Of a stretch of DNA of 64,000 nucleotides, positions 28,227 to 43,715 are shown piece by piece; within the stretch, counting starts at the first letter, position 1; each line of letters opens with the position of its first letter. A program made the translations under genes and the position numbers. Origin of the DNA: Chrysomallon squamiferum. Its lineage: Eukaryota > Animalia > Mollusca. A model generated the notes under the pieces. The model was not told the DNA's origin. It was given only the letters and a program-made list of their open reading frames with translations, and searched no databases. The stretch spans positions 14,384,001 to 14,448,000 of the forward strand of contig CM022668.1 in assembly GCA_012295275.1 (NCBI GenBank), read 5' to 3'.

Positions 28227-28981
28227 GTTGTTATTATTATTATTATTATAAAATATATATATATTTTTTGATATGTGAATAATATTTAATGAGTTTTAAA
28301 GTTCGTTTATAATTATTGCAGTTACCTGCATCAAACTGATTTAAAAAAGCGAAACACAATCTAATCTCTGGATGGTGAAGCAAACTTTCCTCGGGAAAAT
28401 GAAAGTGAAAAAAAAAACAATAACAGAATTAGTCACTTCACTGAAAATTCTGTTTTGAAATTAATAAAATATCAAAAACTCAGAAAGTATTTATTGTCTG
28501 CCATATGTTACTTTTTAGCATTCTGTTACAACATGATGATGACTAATAGCATTTTAAACATGTGCATATATAATTGAAATGATAAATAATGGTGTGTTTT
28601 TTTTTAGCTGCATCAGTACAGCAGATTTTTTTTCTGTGTAAATTTCTTGTGCTGATTTTTATTTAAAAGAAAAATTGATTTGAATGGCATTGGTTTCTGT
28701 GTAAATTAAAAAAATGTTTTATCTTATTTTTTAGAAATGTTTTATTTGCAACTATACTTGTTGCTCTATATAACAGATTTGTGTGTTATTGCTTTTTTTT
28801 TTTTAGCATGAATTATATATGATCTTAATAATATTTCGTTACACAAGTCTGATTTATTGATTGATTAATTGTGTCTTTTCAGGAGATGCCAAGTCATGAG
28901 GAACTAGAAGAACGTCTCAGAAAAACATTTTATTATGGAGGCTCATGTGACATCGATAGTCCATCTCTTCCTCTCACAGGT

Positions 28982-29057
<76 letters not shown>

Positions 29058-31950
29058 AAACTCACGGAGACAAACACATACATCCACACAAGCAAATACA
29101 TTTTTTTTTATGGATGCTCATGTGACATCAATGGTCCATCTCTTTCTCTCACAGACAGACAGACAGACATACAGACACAGAGACTGACATATACATGCAC
29201 ACAAAACACATGCTGATCAAAAAATTCCTGATCAATAATGTATTTACTGTAAAATGTTGGTCTTGTTTTATTTCAGTACCATCAAATTTATTACACTAAC
29301 TTGGCCAAGAAAACTGTTTTCTCTAAATTTATTATTTTATTATGATACTAAGGTATTTAAAAAAAATATTAAAATTTCTCTATAATTTAGAACTTGCTGT
29401 GGATTACTTTCATTCCTCTGTGCCCAGGAAACTTGGTTCCATTGACAGAGAGATGGCATCAACAATGACCAGGTAACATAAGTAAATACCACAGGATGTC
29501 ATAAGAAAAAGATTCAGAACCAATCCCTGATTATGTGTTTTTGAGTTATTTTACGTTCCAACCAGTGCTGGAATACAGCTACATTATAGACTACTCTTTG
29601 TGGTTTTACTGTATATGAGAAGGTGCATAATAATCAGTATGAGCAGCTAAAGGAGAGATAGATCACAAAAACAAGTTGAAGCAATAACTTTTGATCTGAT
29701 TTAGTATCATTTTATTTTATTTACAGTTTTTAAGGAAAACAAGTTTTGTTTATGTTAACTGGATGGAATAATTTGACCTGTATTAATGTTTAATATTAAA
29801 ATTAATGGAGTATTTTCAATTAATGGAGTATTAAGAAATCCAAGAGTCTGTCCTGTTGTGTGTGTGTTCTTGTACACATATATATAAATAAACGTCTATA
29901 TTTAGAGTATTAAAATGTCTCTTGTTAAGATATACTGGCTTTATTATCATTAATATTAAAACTTTGAGTAATTTTCATTGATTATATCTCTAGTTAAATC
30001 TCTGTTGTTGTTATTTTTGTCTTACCATAGAAACGCCTGTGTGTCGCCATGTTCTGTGATGATGAGTATGATCTACGTCAGACGCCTCAGACAGAACAAC
30101 ACTGACTACCTGCATCAAGTTTCTTCTTCTGATCTCTTCTTTATCTCTATGGTAAGTGCTGCTCCGTTTCACATACACTATTAGCCTGTTTTATAATTTG
30201 GACATTGGATTTCCATCTCTTTTTTTTTTTTTGTTCTTGTAACAGTGTTTTGTTTAATTTGAATCTTGGATTTCCCATATATATTTGTATGCAGTTGTAA
30301 TAATGTTTAATTATATCAGTGTTAGTAGTAATAAAACTAATTATGGACAAGTTAAGTGCTCTGTTGGATAAGGTTATTAAATCCTACACAACTGAAAAAG
30401 GAAAAGAAAAATGTAATTTTATTATTCAATTTGATTAATTCATACCGTAAGTACTAATATGTGAAGATAGTCTTACAATAAACTTTTTCATTGCTAGAAC
30501 CTTTTAATACAAAATCAATGGTTTCTTCCAACATTTAAAAAGGGGAAAAAAAAATTCCCTTAAACGCATAAAAAATCCCCATTTGTTTTTAATTTGATAC
30601 TGACATTTTCTCCTTTCTGAGAGAAGAAAAAACATCAAAATTATAATTTCTGATAAAACAGATAAAACATCTATACATAAATGAATAATCGTAACAGCAA
30701 TGAAACATCAAAATAAAATTCATTCTCAGAGAGTTCAATAGCACTTGTTACATCATAATTTCCATCACTGACCCTTCTAAAAATTAATTTTTTTTTTTTT
30801 TTAAATTGTAATTTGACAGATGATGGCTTCCAAGTATCTGTACGATGAGGGGGTAGATGAGGAGGTGTTTAACGACGAATGGGCTGAGTCGGCAAAACAG
30901 GAACTGTCTGATGTCAACGAGATGGAAAAGGAATTTTTAACTGCGATGGTATTTGTTATTTTTGTTAAGATGGTATTTGTTATTTTAGTTAAAATAGTAT
31001 TTGTTATTTTAGTTAAAATGGTATTTTTTATTTTTGTTAAAATGGTATTTGTTATTTTAGTTAAAATGGTATTTGTTATTTTAGTTAATTCCAATGCCAT
31101 TTGTTATTTTATTTAACTGATGCTATTTAACTGTTATTTCTTTTAACTTTGATGGCATTTAATTGTTTTTAAATGTGATATAATTAATTGTTATTTCTTT
31201 TAACTGTGATGGCATTCAATTGTTTCTAAATGTGATATAATTAATTGTTATTTTCTTTCACAACAGTGGTATTTATTTATTATTTTAATTAATGTTGATG
31301 GTACTTTAATTATTATTTTATTTAATTGCAATAATATTTGTTATTTTATTGAACTGCGATGGCATTTAATTGTTATTTTCTTTGACAGCTAAGGTATTTA
31401 ATTGTTATTTTATTTAACTCTGACAGTATTTAATTGTTTTATTTAAATGATTGATGTTGCAAGTAGCGATTATAATTTTTATAATTGATACGGTTAAAAC
31501 TTATTTGCTAAAAGAAGTTGCAATTTCCTCAGAAGACTAAATGTTATAAATACCAAATGTTTACTCACCAGTAGCCTTCACTAATTGTGAAAAAAAGAAA
31601 AAAAAGACATTCTGAATATTTTTGCAATTAAATAAAACAAATTTCAAGTTGTATCGGTGTATTGTTAATTAAGTAACTCTGTGTTTGTTTATACTTTTGG
31701 ATAAAGTTCATTTTGTTTGCATCATTTCTGTGCTGTTCAGTAAGTAGCTATGGTTTTTTTAATGATTATTTGTTTGTATTTTTATTTTAAAATTGATAAA
31801 TATCTTGTTTGTTTTAGGACTGGCAACTGTTTGTGAAGGAAGAAGAATTTATGGAACTTGTGGCTAAGATTGAAGAGAGGTGAACATTAATAATAATAAT
31901 ACTGATAATACTAATAATACTTATAATAATAACAGCAAAACAGTTACAAC

Positions 31951-31982
<32 letters not shown>

Positions 31983-33887
31983 TAGTAACAATAATAAAGC
32001 TCTGTAACAAATTAGAATGTTACATTCTTTTCTTTTTGGTTAGAATTTTTTGTATAAAAAAAAAAAAATTTAAAAAAAAAAAAAAAAAAAAAGCAGAAAT
32101 ATATTAAAATAGAATACTTAAAATAATAATAAATAATAATATTAGTAGAAGTAATTGTTCACAAGTCCAGGTGGCTTGCTGTAGAATGTATTTCGTATAA
32201 TAAAAATTATAAGAATTGACCGTAATAGGGTAGTAATTGTTATCTCCCTCTCATCCAACCATCCATCCACTCACTCATTCATTTTGTCAGTTGGTCAGTC
32301 AGTCAGTCTGTCATTCTTTCATATATTTTCTTTTCCCCGTTCCAGGATTGCATGGACCCAGGGTTTTGACAGAGGGTGGTTGACATACACTGATCTCTCT
32401 GTGTTACTGAATAACCCCACCCTCAAATGGCTGCTGTTTGGAGTGGGCCAGGATTGGGTCAAGGTTTGTTCTGCATCTTTTCTTTTTTTTTCTTTCTTAA
32501 TGTGTATCATCGTGTGATAATAATGGTTAAAATATTGTGTACAGACTTCACAGGGATTTGTTTTATTAGTTTGCTAGGAGATCAATTTTTCTTTTGTTTT
32601 TTTTAATAATAAAGTATAATTTTAAAGTAACACATTTTTAAATAAGAATTCAGGTTATCATATTATTTATAGGTAAATACTAGCAATATTTATTCATATT
32701 TTTTTCATATTTTTATTTCTTTTAGGGTAACAACTGTGCCAATGTTTATTTATTTTCATTTATTTATTTACTTATTTACAATTTCTTTTTCTTTCTTCCT
32801 TTATTTTTTTTTTTTTTTTCATAATTTTATTACATATATTTTTTCTTTTCTTTTTTCTATTTTTCTGATTTATTATGTTATTAATTTGTTCATTTATTAA
32901 TTTATTAATTTATTAACTTATTAATTTATTAAGTTTATTAATTTATTATGTTATTAATTTGTTAATTTGTTAATTTATTAATTTATGTTTATGTTCTAGG
33001 TTGTCACTGTTGGTTCAGCTGCATACGTTGCTGGTGTGTTCACCATGATTGGTGCCACCATCCTCGCACTGCAGATGTCCACCATTCTGTCGGTTGCCAT
33101 GACAACACTGGTCCTCCAGCAGCAGTCCAGTCCTCTCGACCCCATTTGGCCATCTTCCTTGCCGGCACTTCTTCCATCCTCCGCTCCAGGAGGTTTTCAC
33201 AACAGGACTGGTGCGGTCGGGGACGAAATTAGCCTGGACGAAAGGAATGTGGAGCCGAATTCTACCGAGCCCGTTTCGAGTCGCCCCACGCCCGCTGAAA
33301 TGATGATGCGCGGATCCTTCTTCGAGCAGGTTCTTCCACAGCTTTGGGTCGTCATGGCGCTGCGGGACCATTTCGTCCAGTTCATGTGTGCGGTCACTCG
33401 GAGCTGTCGCTCCGCATTGAACCCACGCCGTTGCGCAAAATCGCCACAGCGCCGTCATCACCACTGCTGGAGTAATGCTGACAAGTCAGCTGCTGTAGTC
33501 ATCGATGAGGGTGGTTACGGGAATTTCGGAATGGCTGTTGATCACGGGAACTCGAGGATTGCGAACGTCCAGAATCCCACTGTCTGTAACAGACTGTGTC
33601 CGTGCTGCTGTCGGGAAAAAAATCGATTTGATTCGCGCACGTTCGTTACGTGTGTGAATACTGGACTTCGTTATTCGTCTTCGAATCTGTGCTCGTCGTA
33701 CGTTAACCTGCGCACCGAAAACTGTCACACCTGTCGCAGAAATCCCGGCAGCACGAGAAGGCGGTCTCCGTCCTGTTACCATGGAAACCGCCCCCCAGAC
33801 CGCAGGTCCTGGATGAGCCCAGTGATCATGGACGTGATGTTAGGTTTCGCGACTGGCAACACCTACCAGATCAATGTAGCAGCTTGA
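25225..33887 (+). CDS. CNPPD1: Cyclin Pas1/PHO80 domain-containing protein 1, complete 8-exon gene, 519 aa
   Basis: Exons 25225-25287, 28883-28979, 29391-29472, 30031-30151, 30820-30948, 31818-31879, 32346-32463 and 33000-33887 are all GT-AG with consistent phases and total 1560 nt. Family motifs: [88 protein letters not shown], followed by a hydrophobic segment. Confidence 0.95.
28984..29055 (+). repeat. (CA)n microsatellite
   Basis: Uninterrupted AC run directly after the CNPPD1 exon 2 donor, one of many (CA)n tracts in the window. Confidence 0.95.
30939..31460 (+). repeat. 24-bp minisatellite (then ~28-bp decayed units) starting at the CNPPD1 exon 5 donor
   Basis: TTAGTTAAAATGGTATTTGTTATT x~6, visible as MVFVILVK repeats in the ORF track. 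Decayed copies such as AACTGCGATGGCATTTAATTGTTATT follow. Confidence 0.85.
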
Positions 33888-35648
33888 GTAACTTTTATAA
33901 TCCAAGAAGCTTGTTTAATTTATTTTTTATTTAATTTAGTTAAGTCTTGACTACTTATTTCATTTGTTTTCAGTTTCGCCTGAATGAACCGAACATGCTC
34001 TAGAATTAATCTGTCCTATTATCCGATACCTCTAAACACTTTGTTGTTTTTCTTATTCAAACATGATAAAAAGTTAGAAATGTTTTATTTTAATGTTGGA
34101 GTCTAGTTAACCAGTCATGTTACAGTAACAGAATTAATAGGTCACATTATCCGATAAATTTCCCCATCTGGCATAACATAAATTTAGTTTAGATTTATTT
34201 AGACAAGACCAAACATTCGGAAAGTAAATAATATTGTTTCAAATATCTGTATTTCTCTATCATCTCTCTATGTATCTGTGTCTGTCTGTTTATGTACAAA
34301 TGTCTTTCTGTGTGTCTGTGAGTATGCATCTGCCTATCTATCTATCTCTCTATATTTATCTAATAAATCTCTGTCAGTGTTCTTGTCTGTCTGTCTGTCT
34401 CTCTATCCATCTATCTATTTTTCTTTAATCTGTATTTCTGTATGTCTGTCTACTGCTATCTATCTATAGATTTTTTTTAAATTAATATTCTAGATTAATT
34501 AAATAATATGGAAAAATGTAACAAAAGAAAAAAAAAAAAACTAATAAATTTTAAAAATATTATTTTATTCTCATACTCGTAACTGAGACTGATCTAATTA
34601 ATTTGTATGATCCACATAATCAGATTATTCCACTGCCATGGGGTATGGGCATTCAGATTATTTCTTTAAGGTGAAATATGATAACCATATTTTATCTAAC
34701 AAACTGCAAAATAATCATTGTAAAAAGAGAGAGAGAAAGACTGAACATTGTCCATAAAGAAGTCTGAAAAATATAAAGAATCAAAAAACCACTGATTAAT
34801 TTTAAAAGCAATGTGCATAGTTGCATTATTTGTTTTGTTTTTTTCAATAAAGTATATATTTTTTACAACATACAACTTCATTCTTTTTTTCTGTTACTAT
34901 TTCAATTAGATTTTTTTTAGAAAACGAAATATGCATTAATATATCACTTTATTTTCTTTTTTTTTCCTTTATATTAGGTTTGCAAAAAAGTACATATTAA
35001 TAAGTTAATCTTTATTTTCTATTTAGGTTTACCATAAATTATATATTTATATCTAAACATACCTATTTTCTACTCAATGTATTATTCCTAGGTGTGTGTG
35101 TTTTCAGTATCATGCTATATAACAATGTTTTATTGGCAGATTTAAGTAAATTTTACTAAATACTGAAATATTTAATAAAATATTTTGCAAGTGAATTTTG
35201 AAGTTTGTTATTTATTTTATTAATAGTACTGTAGACAAATGCTGTAGACATATAATGAACAGGGTGAGTGTGTGTGTGTGTGTGTTAAAATATCTTGTAA
35301 ATTTGTGTTTTTGGAGAATTCTAATCCGAATTTGGAGAAATTTAAACAGATCAAATTAATTAATTCAGTTTACTGAAACAGCTTTTTCAGTGATGGATCC
35401 AGATTTTAAGAAAGTTTGTGTGTTTTTTTTAAATATAAAACTAAAAGAATGAATTGAAAAAAAAATGACACTAATTATTAAGCAAACATCTTTTATTTTT
35501 GTCATTTTAACATAAAATATTAATCACCAGTTAGATTATTCCACTAAAAATAAAAAAGTCAAAACATTCATCAGTAATCATTCAAAATAAAAAAAAATAA
35601 AAAATAAAAATTCAATTTAATGTTGCACAAAATGTTAAATAATTTTTT

Positions 35649-37446
<1,798 letters not shown>

Positions 37447-37594
37447 TTTAAAAATTCTAAGAAACAACAATAAATAAGTAAATAACTAAATAAAAAAAAA
37501 AAAAAAAAAAAAATTAACTAATGAATTAATTAATATTATTTAAATTGTCTAAAAAAAACAACCCCAGAAATATAGTAAATTATTTTTATTAAAA

Positions 37595-37654
<60 letters not shown>

Positions 37655-37929
37655 TATAATAATAAAAATAAATGAAATAAAAAATAAAATAAAACATAAT
37701 GTAAAATAATCATTAAAATAAATAATTATTGTATTAAAAGTCACTGTGAATTACTTTTTGCATAACTCAACAACAGAATCGATTTCCTTGGATTACTAAT
37801 ACGAATAGAAGTTTATAAGTGGGAATGCTCAAATTATTTTTATGTAAAAAAAACCATTAAATAAAACAAGATTTCAGACCAGTTAGAATAGTGTAATATA
37901 TTTTAAATATACCTGTGAATAGAAACCAA

Positions 37930-38160
37930 AATATATATTTCTCCCTTCAATGATATAAAGCAATAAAATATTTGATTCGTAATTAATATTAGGCTATTAC
38001 ATTTTGTTGCAAATGACTTAAAAATCTCTTCGCTTAACTGTCATTTTTGTATTCGTGTGTTTTCGGAGTGCTGAAGCGGAAATTTCCGAACTATCATTCA
38101 GTTGTTGTTTTGCGTTCAGCATATTGTTTTCAACGCCATGTTGATAGAGAAAACATGTAG
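37930..38160 (+). promoter_or_regulatory. Promoter/first-exon region of NSF copy A; start of the tandem-duplication unit
   Basis: Nearly the same sequence occurs at ~47330-47562. It has an ETS-like CGGAA, a YY1-like CGCCATGTT and an AG|gtaaat donor at 38160/38161. Confidence 0.55.
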
Positions 38161-38419
38161 GTAAATAAAATGAGATGGGTGCAAAAGACAGAAAATTTTA
38201 ATCTTCTGTAAATGGTTTGAATGAAAAAACGAAAAATCAAAAGAAGATGTCAGGTTTGTGAAATGTTGTGCGGAGAGAGAGAGAGAGAGAGAGAGGCTTA
38301 AAGGCAGATTAGAAACAATAAACACACAAACAATAAACACACACAAAAAGGTAAGTATATGTATCTGTATCTGTTGTATGTGTAGGTTTATATGTGTTTA
38401 TATATGTGTATGTATGTAG

Positions 38420-38468
<49 letters not shown>

Positions 38469-40046
38469 CGTATGTAAATATGTGAATATGACTTCTGACA
38501 CGAATGTTTTAGAGCTTTGGTTAGAATGGAATAACCATTTTGTCCAGTATTAATTTCTTACTATTATTGTAATATTAACTGTTACCACTTTGTATTTCAG
38601 GTATATCATGATTTTAGTTAATCAACACTTCAGTTATTTATTTACAATAATGCCACATCATTCTGTTGGTCTACGAAAAATAGCTTTCAATGCTATGCAT
38701 GTTAGTATACACACAATATGTTTGTAATGTTAGGCTACTGAAATAACAAATAAATAAATAAACTCACATACACAAACACACAAACACACATATAAAGTAA
38801 ATAAATAAATAAGCCAATAAATAAATGAATAAATAAATATATGGTTTTTATATTTGCTTTAATTAATTTGGCTGTTGAAATAATTAGTAAGTGAGTAAAT
38901 AAATATATAGAACTTTTTCTTTTTATATTTAAAAAAAACAACAAACAAATAATGTAGTAATTAAAATTGATTAAATAACTTCCTGTTTTTGGCTTGTTAA
39001 TAACCGTCTTTTGTTTTAATTTTTCAGAGAAAATGGGCTAGCATTATTCTAAATGCTGAAATATAAGTGGAACCATTTGGTTTTAATACAAGAACTCAGG
39101 GTATTGGATCCATTGTTTTTGAAATTGATTTCTTCAGGAAGAAGTAGTAAGTGACAGCACAGGAAAAGATTGTTTAGTTTTTTAAAATTGAAAAATAAAA
39201 TCAAATCAGAGCACAGTCAAATTCATTTTTATGTTTTTAGAATTTGTTATATCAGCATAACTCATAAATCATTAATATGTACAAATAGAGTGATTTCCCT
39301 TGCTTTTATGACACCCTGTAGCAACACTTAATTCATGAATTCTGTTTTAGATTGCATTGTTATTAAAATAGATTTCGTGAATAATAATTTTAAAAAAAGG
39401 CACATTAACACTTTAAAAAAGGTACATTAAAAAATGTAGGAATTGACAGACATTCTAATTTAGTTAAAATCATTAAAACAAGAAAACCAACAAGAAAAGC
39501 GAAAGACAAAAATCATCAGATTTTAAGAAAACCACCAAAAAAAAAATAATAATACCCCCAAAATAATGAAAAACCCCAAACAAACCTCAAATCCCCCCCA
39601 AAAAGCAACTTTGAAATATTAATTTAAAAAATATTTCTAATTTCATTTGTTATTATATTTAAATAAAATATATTTATGTTTTTTTTCAGTCAATCTACTG
39701 AAATGTTTGACAGTGACAGGATGGCACAAGAGTTTCTCATGACCTTTAACAGTCACTCATTTCAAGTTGACCAGTTATTGTCATTTAATTACAAGAAGAA
39801 ATTTTTTGCCCTTAAAGTGAAATATATCGAAGGTTTTTCTTTTTATACTGTAAAAAAATCATACCGAATTGATGATCAAACATCCAGTCAGATGTGTAAT
39901 ATTTTATTAATTTTTCTAAAATGTTTATTTTATATTAATATAATCTGGTTTTAGCATTTAAGATATGTATTTTTAAGATATATATATATATATATACACA
40001 TACACATATATATGTTTGCAAATATGACTGGTAATTTGAAGCAAGT

Positions 40047-40085
<39 letters not shown>

Positions 40086-41833
40086 TAGGTAAAAAATGTA
40101 TTTATTTACTTTAATTTTGCTTATTTTGTTTATTTTATTTTTTAGTACTGGATTTTACTGCAGTCAAGGAGAATATGGGAGGAAAGCCTAAAAAGGTATT
40201 TAAAAAGAAAATATTTATATCTTTAAACTCATGTTAAAATACTTATTATAATTATAATTGCATACAGACATTTCTTGATCCTACTTACAGAGGTCCTTAC
40301 ATCCTTAGATCCACATATATGTAGATCCCTACGTAGTTAGATCAGTACTTAAGTACACGTATCCATACTTACATATATCCATACTTATATAGATCCATAC
40401 TCATTTAAATTCATACTTAATAGATCCAAACTTACCAAGATCCATACTTACATACATCTTTACTTTATGTAGATCCATTTTTATATTGGTTCACATATTC
40501 ATTTTTATACAGATTCATACTTAAAGTAATATGTGTAGAGATTACTCACACAGATTGCTTCTCATGTTGATGTATTCTTACATAGATCCTATTCTTTTGA
40601 TCCATACTTCTTATGTCTGTTGATACTTATGTAGATCAACATTTCCATGGTTGATGTCTGGTCAGCATAAACACAAAAATGACCACACACACACACACAC
40701 ACACACACACTGTCTCTCTGTCTCTCTCCATTAAATTAATTTTGTATGAGTTTTCAAGACAATACTCACTGTGTGACATATATACAATTTATCAAGTAGG
40801 TTATTACTAGTATTTCTAAGATTGTGGTTGGTTACTGTATATTAATATGGAGAATAATATTTCCAATTACAGGCAGACTTTGGATTTCTGACACCAAACG
40901 CTGGAGTTGTGTTTGAAAAAGCTGACAATTCACCTCTAAATCTGAAAGGAAAGTCAAACGGGTAAATAAAAATGATAATTATTATGATTTTGATAATAGT
41001 TATAAATAATTTAAAAAAAGAAGAAATTTCCTCCATGCAAAACGGTCTAAAAAAAATAGCTAAAGATACTTCGAAGGACAATTTTCTCTGTTCAAATGAA
41101 CTAGGCCTATCTTTTCTAGTCATAGAAACTTTGTGACTGGTAAAATTTAGATTATGACATGAAGAATTTGAAAGTCTGCAGAATCCAAAAGGTCACTTAA
41201 TTCTGTCTTAGAATCACAGTGTTACAAATATTACAATATCACAGGTTATGAGAGTTAAATTTAAATATTAAATATTTTAAATATCTTTTTAAATGCAGAA
41301 AATCAACTTACCAGTCAATTATCAATCCATTGAAGCCATTGGTTGGTTAATCTTTAATTTTGTCGTAATTATTTTTGAAAATTTCTGCTGTTGTTATTTC
41401 ATTTATGTTGTTATATTAACACTAGTTCTGAATTATTATGAAAACTTGTAATAAATTAACAATGTTTCAGTAACTTCTCTATGGCACTGTATTCTTTTGT
41501 TATTTAAAAAAAAAAAAACTTTTTGTTTAGGAATGAAACATGTCAGAGGCATTCTTCTGTATGGTCCACCAGGGACAGGGAAGAAATTAATGGCAAGGTT
41601 TGTATGAGCTTTCATAATAATGCTGCTTATTGTACCTGTATTTGTATATCCTGTTAAGTAAATAAATAAATGTGTGTGTGTGTGTGATAGCTAGGTTTGT
41701 GCCACCTTTCATACTAATTGCTATTTATTATGCCTGTATTTATATCTGGTTTTAATATATATAATGAATATTACTAACTTGGAAACCAAAATATGAGAAA
41801 CCTAGAATACAAATTTCTGTTTCTTTTTTGTTT

Positions 41834-41889
<56 letters not shown>

Positions 41890-43715
41890 AATTATATTTC
41901 TTTCTTTGTAATTGCAGAAAGATGGGTAAGATTTTGAATGCCTGAGAACCAAAGATAATAAACGGACTTCAGATTCTTGACAAATTTGTGGGAGAATCGG
42001 AGGCGAACATTCGCAGACTTTTTGCTGATGCTGAGGAGGAAGAAAAACAAGTAATTATCAAAAAATGTTCAAAAAACAAAAATCTCTTCTATGTGCTGCA
42101 CTATGAACACAAGGATTTTTTTGTTGATGAGAAAAAAGTTTGAGAAATCAGAATATTTTACTCTGTTGTCTTTGGGAATGTAATTTTTAAAAATGTTTTG
42201 ATCTCTGGTCCATGTTTTGTTATTGTGTAGATACAAAAAGATTTTTGATACATTTGCTGTGTTGGAAATGTATACTTTTTTTTCTGATGTAGAAAAGGAT
42301 GAAAAATGAGTGCTGTTAAAAACATTTTAACTTTTAACTTTTTGTTGTTCTTTTTCATAAAATCATTATGGTTTACTCCTCAACAGTCTAACTAAATGTG
42401 ATTTGTTACTTCTTGAAGAGTCACAGTTTCCTGATTGTTGAAAAATGAGAAGCTATCAGTGGATATTTGCTATGTAAATGAAACATTTTCCTTGTTCTCT
42501 TAGGTTGGAAGTGGTCTTCACATCATAATTGTTGACAAGATTGATGCCATTTGTAAATCCAGAAGTGGTGTGGCAAGTATTTTAATAAGTATAAGTATTT
42601 TAGCTTTGTGCTAACGTCAATAAATTTCATATTCCATAAGATTAGGGCAAAATGTAAATAATTTTTAATATGTTTTTAAACTGTCCCATATATAAATGGT
42701 TTTGAGTTGCCCTGTACTTATACAAGTACTTCACTAGTCACAATATGGTGAATGCAGAATCTCAGCATTGTATCTGTATCATTAGATATTTTCATCAGTC
42801 CTGTGAGACAAAACTCTGCGGTGAATAAAGTATAGGACTAATGCAACAGGGTCTAGTAAGAATTTTGAGATTAAACGTTTTGTTATAATTCAGTGTAAAA
42901 ATAAATAATAAAGCCTGGAAAGAAAGAAACAAACAAAATTTTGATAGTAATAAAGTATAACAGTAAAATGACAGTTTGAAAAGAAATAATGAAACCAAAC
43001 TTTACTAATAATGAAGTATGACAATAAAATATAGTCTGAGTAAAAAAGAAAAAAAAACCCATTAAGATCTAACTTTGCCACTAATAATGTATAATAGAAA
43101 AACTGAGATCAAACTTTGCAGATGATAAAATAAAATAAAATAGTATTATAATGTGTATGAAATAACAGTAAAATCAAACTTTGTTAATAATAAAGTATAA
43201 CATTGCTACTGTGCACTCTGTCAGCCATTTATTTGAAACAGTTCACATAAAAATATATATAAAACAGAAATCATTACTGAGACACTTAAAGCAACATTAC
43301 GAATACCAGACTCGTCAATATTTAAAATAAACTTCACAACCAGTGTTTCTTTTTTTAAATATTTTTTTTGTTGTTGTTTAATTAAAGTTCTTTTTCTACT
43401 TATTTCCAGGCTGGAAACACAGCAGTACATGACACAGTTGTGAATCAGCTGTTAGCCTAACTGGATGGTGTTGAACAGTTAAACAACATTCTTGTTATTG
43501 GTATGACCAACAGAAAAGATATGATTGACGAGGCTTTGCTTAGACCTGGACGATTAGAAGTGCACATTGAGATAGGTGAGTACATTGTGATTTATGTATT
43601 TGAGTATAGATGGGTCATTCATGATTTACAGATAGGTAGGTGTATTGTGATATATGTATATATAGGTAGGTATATTGGGATACAGGTATATAATATAAGA
43701 TAAGTGGGTATGGGG

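Noticed and set aside
30801-31100. Minus-strand ORF with TKITNTIL repeats
   Set aside because: Antisense reading of the 24-bp minisatellite and CNPPD1 exon 5.
33015-33782. Minus-strand ORFs of 149, 66 and 98 aa
   Set aside because: Antisense shadows of the GC-rich CNPPD1 terminal exon.
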